Of a DNA stretch of 64,000 nt, positions 52,650 through 61,271 are shown piece after piece. This DNA comes from Actinomycetota bacterium (GTDB lineage: Bacteria > Actinomycetota > CADDZG01 > JAHWKV01 > JAOPZY01): the NCBI GenBank assembly GCA_035765775.1, contig DASTWV010000059.1:353555-417554 (forward strand), read 5' to 3'. Position 1 is the first letter of the stretch, and every line of letters begins with the position of its first letter. Position numbers and translations under genes: made by a program. The notes beneath the pieces are model-generated. The model made no database searches. It was given only the letters and a program-made list of their open reading frames with translations, and was not told the origin of the DNA.

Positions 52650-53180
52650 TCAGGATACGTCAGGGAGCGTGGCCGGCTCGGTCATGGCGAAGGTGAACAT
52701 CTTGGCGGCGTCGATGCGCCAGTAGGCGGCATTGACGGCCGCCCAGTCCTCCCAGCCGGTGCCGTACCGGGGCCCGTAGATACCGAGCAGGCAGGCCCGG
52801 AACCCGGACTGGCCGGGGTCCCGGAAGTCGATGGGTACCGCCCGGCCGTGCACGGTGACCGAGAAGCTCTCCTCGGGCAGGTGGGTGGCGCTCACCTGCG
52901 GGCGGCGGGCGATGTGGCGCAGACGCACGGAGTCGGGCGAGGAGCTGAAGTACCACGACCCCCGGTAGAAGATGCCGTCCACCGGGCCGGCGAGCGGGCG
53001 GCCGTCGGCGGTGACCGTCGCCAGTACCAGCAGGCACATGCCGGTCAGCCGCCGGCAGAGCGCCTCGGCCCCCACCCGCCGATCGGCGGTGATGATGCTC
53101 CGCAGGTGCGGCCCACCGGCGGCCCAGCTGGCGTCGAGCAGGGCCTGGAGCGCCGCGAGATCGTCGGGGGTTTCCTGCAC
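52650..53180 (-). CDS. Pyridoxamine 5'-phosphate oxidase-like FMN-binding (PPOX class / F420-dependent family) protein
   Basis: ...LCRRLTGMCLLVLATVTADGRPLAGPVDGIFYRGSWYFSSSPDSVRLRHIARRPQVSATHL... (split-barrel fold signature). Confidence 0.6.
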   Translation of the reverse strand: MQETPDDLAALQALLDASWAAGGPHLRSIITADRRVGAEALCRRLTGMCLLVLATVTADGRPLAGPVDGIFYRGSWYFSSSPDSVRLRHIARRPQVSATHLPEESFSVTVHGRAVPIDFRDPGQSGFRACLLGIYGPRYGTGWEDWAAVNAAYWRIDAAKMFTFAMTEPATLPDVS

Positions 53181-53210
53181 GGGCCGACGCCGCCAGAGCG
53201 CTACGCCGAG

Positions 53211-54554
53211 CTACGCCGAGATGCGGGCGAGCAGCTCGGCGGTGCGGGCCTCGCCGTCCTCGGCGCTGGACGCCTCCACGTTCAGGCGCAGCAGCGGCTC
53301 GGTGTTCGAGGGCCGGGCGTTGAACCACCAGTCGTGATAGTTGACCGTGAGGCCGTCCATCCAGTCCACGGTGCCATCGGCATGCGCCTGCTCCAGCTCC
53401 TTCATCTTGGCCACCGGATCGGCCACCTCGGTGTTGCGCTCGCCCGAGTCCCAGTACTTGCGGTAGGGGGCCAGCACCTCGGACAGCGGCTGGTCCCCGG
53501 CTGAGAGCGCCTCGAGGACGAACATCGAGCAGATCATGCCGGAGTCGGCCCGGAAGTTGTCCCGGAAGTAGTAGTGGCCGGAGTGCTCCCCGCCGAAGGC
53601 GGCGCCCGACTCGGCCATCACCTGCTTGATGAACGAGTGCCCGACCCGGGAGCGGATCGGGGTGCCGCCGTGGGCCGCGATGGTCTCCGGGACGATCCGG
53701 GAGCAGATCAGGTTGTGCACGATGGACGCCCCCGGGTTACGGGCGAGCACCCGGGTGGCCACCAGGGCGGTGGTCAGGCTGCCGGACACCAGCTCCGCCT
53801 TTTCATCGACCAGGAAGACCCGGTCGGCGTCCCCGTCGAAGGCGAGGCCGAGATCGGCCCCCTCCCGGAGCACCGCTGCCTGCAGGTCCTTGAGGTTGGC
53901 GGCTTGAATGGGGTCGGCGGGATGGTTGGGGAACGAGCCGTCCAACTCGAAGTACAGCGGGACCAGCCGGACGGGCAGGTGGGCGAACAGGGGCGGGATC
54001 ATCTTGCCCGCCATGCCGTTGCCGGCGTCCACCGCCACGGTGAGCGGGCGCAGCCGGCCGGCGTCCACGAATGAGGTCACGTGGCGGGCGAAGTCCTCGA
54101 CCACGTCCTTCGTTGTGAGCGCGCCGGCGCCGTTGCCGGCGGGCAGATCGGCCTCGGCCCCCTCCCGTACCTCGGCCAGCCCGGTGTCCTGGCCCACCGG
54201 TGCGGCACCTGCCTTGCACATCTTGATGCCGTTGTAGCGGGCGGGGTTGTGCGAGGCGGTGAACATCGCCCCGGGGGCATCGAGCACGCCCGAGGCGTAG
54301 TAGAGGGCGTCGGAGGACACCTCGCCGATGTCGACGACGTCCACGCCGCGGCCCCGGGCACCCTCGATGAAGGCGGCGGCGAGAGCGGGGGACGACAGGC
54401 GCATGTCCCGCCCGACGACGATCGAAGGCGCGCCGGAGAACTCGGCGAACCCGGCGCCCACCCGGCGGGCAATGTCCTCGTTCAGGTCGTCGGGGTACAC
54501 CCCGCGTACGTCATAGGCCTTGAAAATCCCGGAGAGGTCGCTGGTTGGGCTCAT
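53211..54554 (-). CDS. manB: Phosphomannomutase / phosphoglucomutase
   Basis: IFKAYDVRG...TASHNPARYNGIK (active-site Ser loop)...FDGDADRV (metal-binding loop)...GGEHSGHYYF (sugar-binding). Conserved next to the PGI/PMI gene. Confidence 0.9.
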   Translation of the reverse strand: MSPTSDLSGIFKAYDVRGVYPDDLNEDIARRVGAGFAEFSGAPSIVVGRDMRLSSPALAAAFIEGARGRGVDVVDIGEVSSDALYYASGVLDAPGAMFTASHNPARYNGIKMCKAGAAPVGQDTGLAEVREGAEADLPAGNGAGALTTKDVVEDFARHVTSFVDAGRLRPLTVAVDAGNGMAGKMIPPLFAHLPVRLVPLYFELDGSFPNHPADPIQAANLKDLQAAVLREGADLGLAFDGDADRVFLVDEKAELVSGSLTTALVATRVLARNPGASIVHNLICSRIVPETIAAHGGTPIRSRVGHSFIKQVMAESGAAFGGEHSGHYYFRDNFRADSGMICSMFVLEALSAGDQPLSEVLAPYRKYWDSGERNTEVADPVAKMKELEQAHADGTVDWMDGLTVNYHDWWFNARPSNTEPLLRLNVEASSAEDGEARTAELLARISA

Positions 54555-54639
54555 GTGGGCACTCTACCCGCTGATGTGGGGGTGTTGACAGGGAGATTGT
54601 GGGCGCCGGATAATTGTTCTAAAGAAGAAGGGATTCTGG

Positions 54640-55200
54640 ATGAACGTCGTCGGCACCCACGACCTCCGGGACGACCTGCCCCAGGTCCTGCGGGCCCAGG
54701 GGCTCCGGGTGACGCCGCAGCGCCTGGCCGTCCTAGCGGCGCTGCATGCCAGCACCGACCATATGAGCGCCGAGGAGGTGTACGACGAGGTCCGCCGGGA
54801 AATGCCAAGTGTTTCGCTGGCCACGGTTTACAATACGCTTGGCGAACTGAGAAGGCTTGGTCAGCTTCGTGATCTTCCGGTATCCGGGAAGGTCCGCTAC
54901 GATCTGGTGGCCCGGGGCACCCACCACCACCTCGTATGCGAGAGCTGCCACCGGGTGGTGGACCTCGACGAGAGCGAGTTGCCCAGCCCGCACCTGCCGC
55001 CGGGGAAGGCAAAGGGCTTCAAAATTTTGACTGCGGAGATAATTTTCAGGAGTATCTGCCCGGAGTGTTGTGCAGGCGGCGTCGGCGTAGCCGGAGCGTC
55101 GGCAACAGATCGTGACAAAGCGGGAACCACCAGCGGGGCCGCTGCGTCGAATATGGAGTATCAGCAGTCCCACCCGACACCACCGCAGGAGATGAAGTGA
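54640..55200 (+). CDS. Fur-family metalloregulator with a ~45-aa C-terminal extension
   Basis: GLRVTPQRLAVLAAL...HMSAEEVYDEV...SLATVYNTLGEL...HHHLVCESCHRVVD (the Fur DNA-binding and metal-site motifs). The stop overlaps the whiB GTG (GTGA). Confidence 0.8.
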   Translation: MNVVGTHDLRDDLPQVLRAQGLRVTPQRLAVLAALHASTDHMSAEEVYDEVRREMPSVSLATVYNTLGELRRLGQLRDLPVSGKVRYDLVARGTHHHLVCESCHRVVDLDESELPSPHLPPGKAKGFKILTAEIIFRSICPECCAGGVGVAGASATDRDKAGTTSGAAASNMEYQQSHPTPPQEMK

Positions 55201-55523
55201 CCACCGAAGAGCATCCCTCCAGGAAGACTACGAAGACCACCAAGGCGCTCGCCTCCAAGCTGGCGTCTCTGGAGCTGGAGGCGCGCTGGCAGGATCTCGC
55301 CGAGTGCAAGGGCATGGACCCCACGCTGTTCTTCGGGCCGGAGCACGCCGAGACCGTGAAGGAGAAGCGGGACCGGGAGGACGCCGCCAAGGCGGTGTGC
55401 AACCGCTGCCCCGTGCGGGCGGAGTGCCTGGAGTACGCCCTCGACGCCCGGGAGGCCTACGGGATCTGGGGCGGCATGACCGAGCTGGAGCGCCGGGCAC
55501 TCCTGCGTCGGCGGGCCAGCTGA
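55197..55523 (+). CDS. whiB: WhiB-family Fe-S transcription factor (WhiB2/WblB-like)
   Basis: ARWQDLAECKGMDPTLFFGPE...AAKAVCNRCPVRAECLEYALDAREAYGIWGGMTELERR (four conserved Cys plus the GIWGG turn). Confidence 0.9.
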   Translation: MTTEEHPSRKTTKTTKALASKLASLELEARWQDLAECKGMDPTLFFGPEHAETVKEKRDREDAAKAVCNRCPVRAECLEYALDAREAYGIWGGMTELERRALLRRRAS

Positions 55524-55628
55524 CCTGCTGACCCGGTAGACCGGCTCACCCCGTAGACCTGCTGTCCCCGTCGGGCCCCGTAACTTCGGGTCCGGCCCCG
55601 TAATTTCGGGTCCGGGTAGTCTGTCCCG

Positions 55629-57035
55629 GTGCGCTTCTACGACACCCTGGCGCGCGCGGTGCGGGACCTCGTCCCCCTCGAGCCCGGCCGGGTCACGATG
55701 TACACCTGCGGGCCGACCGTCTACCGCCCCGTCCACCTCGGCAACCTGCGCACGTTCCTGGCCGCCGACCTGGTCCGTCGGGCCCTGGCTCTGGAGGGGC
55801 TGGCCGTCCGCCAGGTGATGAACATCACCGACGTCGGGCACATGGCCGATGACTCCCAGGAGGGGCCGGGTGCCGACAAGATGCTCCTCGCCGCCGAGGA
55901 CGAGGGCCTGGCGCCCGCCGAGATCGCCGCCAAGTACACGGCCGCCTTCCGGGCGGACGCCGAAGCGCTGCACCTGCTGCCGGCCGACGCCTATCCCCGG
56001 GCAACGGAGCACGTCGAGGCCATGGTGGCGCTGACCGCCGACCTGGTCCGGCGGGGCCATGCCTACGAAGCCGGCGGGATGGTGTACTACGACGTTGCCT
56101 CATTCCCGGGCTACGGGGCGCTCTCGCACAACACGGTGGACCGGCTCCACGCCGGGCACCGCACCGAGGGCGTCGATGCCCGGAAACACCACCACTACGA
56201 CTTCACGCTCTGGCGGGCGGCCGGGCCCCGGCGCACCGTGCACTGGCCCAGCCCGTGGGGGCCGGGGTTCCCCGGCTGGCACATCGAGTGCTCAGCGATG
56301 AGCCTGCACCTGCTGGGCGACTGCTTCGACCTGCACACCGGCGGGGCCGATCTGGTCTTCCCCCACCACGAGTGCGAGATCGCCCAGTCCGAAGGAGCGG
56401 TGGGCCACCGGGTGGTGGGGGGCTGGTCACACGCCGCCCACCTGCTGGCGGACGGCCGGAAGATGGCGAAGTCGGCCGGCAACGTGGTGGGCCTGGGCGA
56501 CGTGGTCGCCCGGGGGGCGGACCCGCTGGCGTTCCGCTACCTGTGCCTGCAGTCGCGCTACCGGGAGCCGGCCAACTTCACGTGGGAGGCGCTGGAGGGG
56601 GCCGACCGGGGGCTGCAGCGCTACCGGCGCCAGGTGGCCGAGTGGCGGGCGGCGGGCGGGGCGGAGTCGGCGGGCGCTGGTCTGTCCCCTGCCGGGCGGG
56701 ACCTCGACACCCATTTCCGGGCCGCCATCGCCGACGACCTCAACACCCCGAGGGCGCTGACCGCGCTGGCCGGGCTGGCGGGCGCCCCGGTGGTTCCGGC
56801 CGAGCGGGCCCGGCTGGCGGCGGGCTGGGATGCGGTGCTGGGACTCGATCTGGACCGGGATGCGGTGCCGGGGGGCGACCTGCCGCCCGGGGCGGCCGAG
56901 CGCATCGCCGAGCGGGAGCAGGCCCGGGCAGGCAGGGACTTCGCCCGGGCGGACCGCCTGCGCCAGGAGCTGGCCAGCCTGGGGGTGGAGGTGACGGATA
57001 CGCCCGAGGGCACCCGCTGGGCGGTGAGCCGCTAG
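55629..57035 (+). CDS. cysS: Cysteine--tRNA ligase (CysS/MshC superfamily), with atypical class-I signature motifs
   Basis: Collinear with M. tuberculosis CysS1 (RFYDTLARAVRDLVPLEPGRVTMYTCGPTVY...NITDV...FTLW...WPSPWGPGFPGWHIECSAM...FPHHE...DDLNTP...GVEVTDTPEGTRWAV). It reads HLGN where HIGH is expected, and KMAKS where KMSKS is expected. Confidence 0.8.
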   Translation: MRFYDTLARAVRDLVPLEPGRVTMYTCGPTVYRPVHLGNLRTFLAADLVRRALALEGLAVRQVMNITDVGHMADDSQEGPGADKMLLAAEDEGLAPAEIAAKYTAAFRADAEALHLLPADAYPRATEHVEAMVALTADLVRRGHAYEAGGMVYYDVASFPGYGALSHNTVDRLHAGHRTEGVDARKHHHYDFTLWRAAGPRRTVHWPSPWGPGFPGWHIECSAMSLHLLGDCFDLHTGGADLVFPHHECEIAQSEGAVGHRVVGGWSHAAHLLADGRKMAKSAGNVVGLGDVVARGADPLAFRYLCLQSRYREPANFTWEALEGADRGLQRYRRQVAEWRAAGGAESAGAGLSPAGRDLDTHFRAAIADDLNTPRALTALAGLAGAPVVPAERARLAAGWDAVLGLDLDRDAVPGGDLPPGAAERIAEREQARAGRDFARADRLRQELASLGVEVTDTPEGTRWAVSR

Positions 57036-57065
57036 GCCGGCCGAGGGCCGACGGCCGCGCGGACA

Positions 57066-57112
57066 GTCTGTGAGTGCTAGGGGGTGCTATATACGGGACT
57101 GAGCACTCACAG
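57066..57112. other. Perfect 12-bp inverted repeat (TCTGTGAGTGCT / AGCACTCACAGA) with a 23-nt spacer, 30 nt downstream of cysS
   Basis: Seen directly in the sequence. No following T-tract, so it is not a canonical intrinsic terminator. Confidence 0.6.
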
Positions 57113-57207
57113 ATTGCCTCGGGGTGGCGAGAAGCTGCCTAGGGCGGACAATTCGGCGCGCGCCGCGGTCAGTCGCTGAACTTGGGCTTGGGCTTAAACC
57201 TCTACCC

Positions 57208-57507
57208 TCACTGACCCTTGCTGTCTGGCAGTTCCTTGCCGATGTAGCGGGTCCGGACCCGGCCATCCTCGCGCCAGTAGGCGTACCAGTAGGGGCCGTG
57301 CGGGCAGCGGGTGCAGCCCGCCTTGCCGCACTTCACGGTCTGGCTGCGGAATCCCACCCGGCCCGGCCCTCGCCCGATGACCTCCTCGGGGCCGAGCGGG
57401 AGGTCGCCCCGCTGCACGAGCAGCCCGCGCACGAAGATCATGAGGCGGCGGAGGTCGTACTCGTCGAGGGCGCGGACCTGCTTGATGAGGCCCCGCTCGA
57501 GCGTCAT
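57208..57507 (-). CDS. Small conserved hypothetical protein with a C-terminal Cys-rich segment (CGKAGCTRCPHGPYWYAYW)
   Basis: 99-aa ORF with coding-like composition, directly downstream of the DUF3499 gene on the same strand. Confidence 0.4.
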   Translation of the reverse strand: MTLERGLIKQVRALDEYDLRRLMIFVRGLLVQRGDLPLGPEEVIGRGPGRVGFRSQTVKCGKAGCTRCPHGPYWYAYWREDGRVRTRYIGKELPDSKGQ

Positions 57508-57523
57508 GCGGGCGTACCGGGGG

Positions 57524-57793
57524 CTAGACGGCGTCGGCCCGGAAGATGTCCTCTCCGACGGCTTCCTGGGTGGAGGCCCGGCGGTCTTCCACCACCCACC
57601 CCCGGGGCGGGCGGAACCGGGAGACGTGCGGCGAGCACAGGTCGTAGCTGGCCGGGTCCGGAGGGTCGGGGAGGTCGTGGAGCCAGACCTGGCGGGTCTT
57701 GTAGTCGAACGCCAGGGTGGCGCAGGCGGGGCTGGTGCAGCCCGCGTGCGAACACAGGCGTAGCTGCGGCTCCTCCCGGAGAAAGAGATCCAT
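57524..57793 (-). CDS. DUF3499-family protein (actinobacteria-specific)
   Basis: ...CSHAGCTSPACATLAFDYKTRQVWLHDLPDPPDPASYDLCSPHVSRFRPPRGWVVEDRR resembles the DUF3499 signature (CxxxGC...ATL.F.Y........L.......YDLC..H......PRGW). Confidence 0.6.
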   Translation of the reverse strand: MDLFLREEPQLRLCSHAGCTSPACATLAFDYKTRQVWLHDLPDPPDPASYDLCSPHVSRFRPPRGWVVEDRRASTQEAVGEDIFRADAV

Positions 57794-58386
57794 CGATCAA
57801 GAACATAAATTACCGGGCTGTCAGTTTCAACGATTGGGTCCGAGCGGCCCGTCGGATCGCCATCTTACTCACCAGAACGTTGCCTAAGCCAATTTTGTAA
57901 CTCGCCGGGGAGGACGGCTCCCGGGCAAAACAAGAGGGGCCACCTCGAGAGGCGCCCCTAATCGCTCCGACCTATTCACCTGGAAATAGAAGTGTTCCGC
58001 AGTAACCCTTGGGTCGCCCCTCGGATTTCTGCGGAACTTCACCATGGTATCCCCGGCCAGGCACCAATGTCAAGGGCCCGCCCGCATTTTCTTGGATTTT
58101 TCTTGCCCCGAGAATCGGCCAGGCGGAGGTGGGGGACAAAAGCCGCTCGCAGCACGGCTTTTGTTGCTTGCTTAGACGTCTAAGGGTCGAGCGGGGCCGC
58201 TTCCAGACCGACCGCCCACCGGGTTCGCATGCGGGGCCCTCGCCGGCCGGCTCCGGGTGGTCGGTGATGTCGTCGAGCCGGTCGGGGCGATTCGGTGGGA
58301 GTGCCGACCCGGAGCGGGTAGGGCGGTCCGGTTTGATAGCGTTCGCCCCCGGGCTGGGGGGGCCGATCGTAAGGAGGGTGGTCGCG

Positions 58387-59142
58387 ATGTACGAAGGCAT
58401 GATCGCCGAGACCGTGCGCATCACCGGCACCGGGGGCGATCTCATCGACGCCTACCTGGCCCGGCCGCTGGGGCCCGGGCCGGTGCCCGGGGTCATCGTC
58501 ATCCACCACGCCCCGGGCTGGGACCAGGCCAGCAGGGAGATGACCCGCAAGTTCGCCGCCCACGGGTACGCCGCGGTCTGCCCGCACCTCTACCACCGGG
58601 AGGGGGCCGGGATGAGCCCGGAGGACGCGGCGGCCGCCGGTCGGGCCGCCGGCGGGGTACCCGACGAGCGCCTGCTGGGCGACGTCGGCGGGGCGCTGGC
58701 CCACCTCCGGGCCCTCCCCTATGCCAGCGGCAAGGTAGGGGTGATCGGGTTCTGTTCGGGCGGGCGGCAGACCTTCCTCACCGCCTGCACCCTGCCGGTG
58801 GACGCCGCCGTGGACTGCTACGGGGCCTGCGTGCTCAAACCACCTCCGCCCACCCTCCCGCTCAAGATGACGCCCTGCATCGACCGGGCGCCGGGGCTGT
58901 CCTGCCCCCTGCTCGGCCTCTTCGGCGAGGAGGACACGATGCCGTCGCCCGAGGAGACCGCCGCCATCGCCGCGGTGCTGGAGCGGGAGGGCAAGACGTT
59001 CGAGTTCCACACCTACCCGAACGCCGGGCACGGGTTCTTCGCCGTGGACCGGCCGATGTACCGCCAGGCGGCGGCCACCGACGGGTGGGCGAAGGTGTTC
59101 GGGTTCTTCGAGCGCTACCTGACGCGCAGCGAGGGAGCCTGA
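58387..59142 (+). CDS. Dienelactone hydrolase family protein
   Basis: ...GVIVIHHAPGWDQ...VGVIGFCSGGRQ (nucleophile elbow GxCxG)...HTYPNAGHGFF. Start MYEGMIAE at 58387. Confidence 0.8.
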   Translation: MYEGMIAETVRITGTGGDLIDAYLARPLGPGPVPGVIVIHHAPGWDQASREMTRKFAAHGYAAVCPHLYHREGAGMSPEDAAAAGRAAGGVPDERLLGDVGGALAHLRALPYASGKVGVIGFCSGGRQTFLTACTLPVDAAVDCYGACVLKPPPPTLPLKMTPCIDRAPGLSCPLLGLFGEEDTMPSPEETAAIAAVLEREGKTFEFHTYPNAGHGFFAVDRPMYRQAAATDGWAKVFGFFERYLTRSEGA

Positions 59143-59143
59143 C

Positions 59144-59407
59144 ATGTGCACCTACCTCACCGACACACTGGCCGTCTCGGGCAGCGCCAAGGGCACCGAG
59201 GGCTGGTCGCCCCTCTCGCAGGCCGTCGTCTACTTCGACCATCCGGTCCATGCCCCGCACGAGCACACCCTCAACATCGACCTCACCGCCCCAGAGGGCG
59301 GCGCCCGCCGGGTGGCCGTGGAGTTGAGCGCCCGGTCGGCTCGGGCGCTGGCCGAGACGATCCTGGCGATGCTGGAGAGCCCGGAGGTGCGCCAGCTGGA
59401 GCGGTAG
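59144..59407 (+). CDS. Small hypothetical protein (87 aa), translationally coupled to the dienelactone hydrolase gene
   Basis: The ATG overlaps the upstream stop (TGACATG). Coding-like composition. Confidence 0.4.
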   Translation: MCTYLTDTLAVSGSAKGTEGWSPLSQAVVYFDHPVHAPHEHTLNIDLTAPEGGARRVAVELSARSARALAETILAMLESPEVRQLER

Positions 59408-60232
59408 CTACAGCCGGCCGGGCGGGTCGTTCAGGCTCAGCATCGGGGTGGGCGGCGGGATGGTGTGGCCGCCTTCGGAGGGGATGACCCCGGTGCCGAC
59501 GGCGAAGAACTCGATCACGTGGCTGCCCCATCCGTGGCTCTTCTCCTGCAGCTGCACCCCGACGATCCCCTGGGCCTGGATGGACTGGGCCTCGGCCTGC
59601 ATGCGCTCCATCGCCAACTCCCGGGCCTCGTAGAGGGCCTGGGTGAAGTTGGGCATCTCCACGTTGCGCCCGGTCTGCTTCATCGTCTGCATCATCGACT
59701 GGTGCGCCACGTGGTAGACGCACGACCCCATCACCATGCCCACCGGCCGGTACCCGGTGTTCAGCAGCGTCCAGAAGTCCTGGCCGGACAGGTCGCTGGT
59801 GAACGGGCGCCCGTTCGGGGCCCGGTGCAGCACGCCCTCCCGGTGCTTCACAGCGGTGCCGATGGCGATGAACTCGGCCATGTGCTCGCCCCACTCGTAG
59901 CGCCCGATGTCGAGGCGCACCCCGACGATGCCGTCGGCCCCCAGCTGGTCGGCCTCCTCTTCCATCCGGGTCATCGCCAGCTCCCGGGCGCCGTACATCG
60001 CCTGGGAGAGCACGGTCAGCTCCTGGCTGGTCTTGTAGCCGGCGACCTGGATGCCGATGTGGTAGATCGAGCTACCCACGACCAGGCCGAGCGGATCGAA
60101 GCCCGCCTGGCGCACGAGCAGGAACTCGTTGACCGTGAGGTCGCTGGTGAACAGGCCCCCCCGGATCTGCTGGATGCGGGTGCGGGCCTCGGCGGGGACC
60201 CCTTCCAGGGACTGCGGGTCGTAGGTGCTCAT
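59408..60232 (-). CDS. Protein with two tandem YbjQ/DUF74 (UPF0145, putative heavy-metal-binding) domains
   Basis: Repeat 1: LFTSDLTVNEFLLVRQAGFDPLGLVVGSSIYHIG...ADGIVGVRLD...FIAIGTAV. Repeat 2: FTSDLSGQDFWTLLNTGYRPVGMVMGSCVYHVA...AQGIVGVQLQ...FFAVGTGV. Confidence 0.75.
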   Translation of the reverse strand: MSTYDPQSLEGVPAEARTRIQQIRGGLFTSDLTVNEFLLVRQAGFDPLGLVVGSSIYHIGIQVAGYKTSQELTVLSQAMYGARELAMTRMEEEADQLGADGIVGVRLDIGRYEWGEHMAEFIAIGTAVKHREGVLHRAPNGRPFTSDLSGQDFWTLLNTGYRPVGMVMGSCVYHVAHQSMMQTMKQTGRNVEMPNFTQALYEARELAMERMQAEAQSIQAQGIVGVQLQEKSHGWGSHVIEFFAVGTGVIPSEGGHTIPPPTPMLSLNDPPGRL

Positions 60233-60253
60233 GCGTGGCTCCTTTGATGGGAA

Positions 60254-61237
60254 CTAGACGGAGAGGTCGAGGTTCGTCTTGACGGGCAGTGCCCCGGCGG
60301 CGCCGGAGGTCTCGATGATGGCGGTGCCCAGCACGTGCAGTTGGACGATGAGGTCGATGCGCTTGCTGCCGTTCTGGTCGATCTCCCGGGTGTGGACGTC
60401 CTGGCGGATCGACACCCCGACCACCCCGTGCGCCCCGAGTCGACGGGCCTGCTCGCCGAGGTGCCCGAAGGCCACTTCCCGGGCGGTGTAGAGGGCCTGG
60501 GTGAAGTCCGGGAGCTCGGCGTTGGCCGACCAGCTCCCCCAGCCCGAGGTCAGGTTCTGCGTGGCCCACTGCGGGACGACGTAGAACACCGTGGTGGCGC
60601 CCACCACCCCGACCGGGCGGAAGCCGGCGCTGAGGAGGTTGTAGACCTCCTGGCCGGAGAGGTCGGTCAGCACCGGTGACGGGCTGGGCTCAGCCGATCC
60701 GGTGCGCACCGCCGTGCCCACCGCCACCATCTCCACCGAGTTGGGGGCGAAGTCGTGGGCGCCCCAGGTGATGCGCACGCCGACGACGGCGTCGGCCCCG
60801 GCGTGCAGCGCCTCCTGCTGGAGGCGGGAGAGAGCCAGCCCGCGGGCCTGATTCCAGGCGTCGGAGAGCATCGTCAGCTCGTAGGCGCCCCGGCCGACGC
60901 CGAAGTACGAGCCGGGCATGCCCTGCCAGCCCACGTGGTACACGGAGCTGCCCATCACCTGCGAGACCGGGCGGAGGCCCACCCGAGCCAGGAGGGCGAA
61001 CTCGGCCACCGACAGGTCGGAGGTGAAGAGGGTCTGGTTCCCCTGGCGCAGCTCGGCGAGGCGGGCCTGGGCTTTGGGCGGGATGCCGCCCTGCTCGAGG
61101 GCGGCGATGGCCGCCTGCACCTCGGCGGCGGCCACGGCGGGATCGACGGGCGGGAGGGACGGGGGCGCCGGGCGGGAGTCGGCGGCGTTCGGGCCGTCGT
61201 CGGCGCCACTGGACCCCCGGCGGTGGAAGAAACTCAT
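60254..61237 (-). CDS. Paralogous protein with two tandem YbjQ/DUF74 domains and a Pro/Ala-rich N-terminal extension
   Basis: Repeat 1: LFTSDLSVAEFALLARVGLRPVSQVMGSSVYHVG...ADAVVGVRIT...MVAVGTAV. Repeat 2: VLTDLSGQEVYNLLSAGFRPVGVVGATTVFYV...AHGVVGVSIR...LHVLGTAI. Confidence 0.75.
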   Translation of the reverse strand: MSFFHRRGSSGADDGPNAADSRPAPPSLPPVDPAVAAAEVQAAIAALEQGGIPPKAQARLAELRQGNQTLFTSDLSVAEFALLARVGLRPVSQVMGSSVYHVGWQGMPGSYFGVGRGAYELTMLSDAWNQARGLALSRLQQEALHAGADAVVGVRITWGAHDFAPNSVEMVAVGTAVRTGSAEPSPSPVLTDLSGQEVYNLLSAGFRPVGVVGATTVFYVVPQWATQNLTSGWGSWSANAELPDFTQALYTAREVAFGHLGEQARRLGAHGVVGVSIRQDVHTREIDQNGSKRIDLIVQLHVLGTAIIETSGAAGALPVKTNLDLSV

Positions 61238-61271
61238 GGGCGGCTCCTTGGGATGGGTGGGCGGAGCGGGA

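Noticed and set aside
57124-57900. 258-aa plus-strand ORF across the DUF3499 region
   Set aside because: Arg/Pro/Gly-rich, no motifs, antisense to two ORFs with recognisable conserved features.
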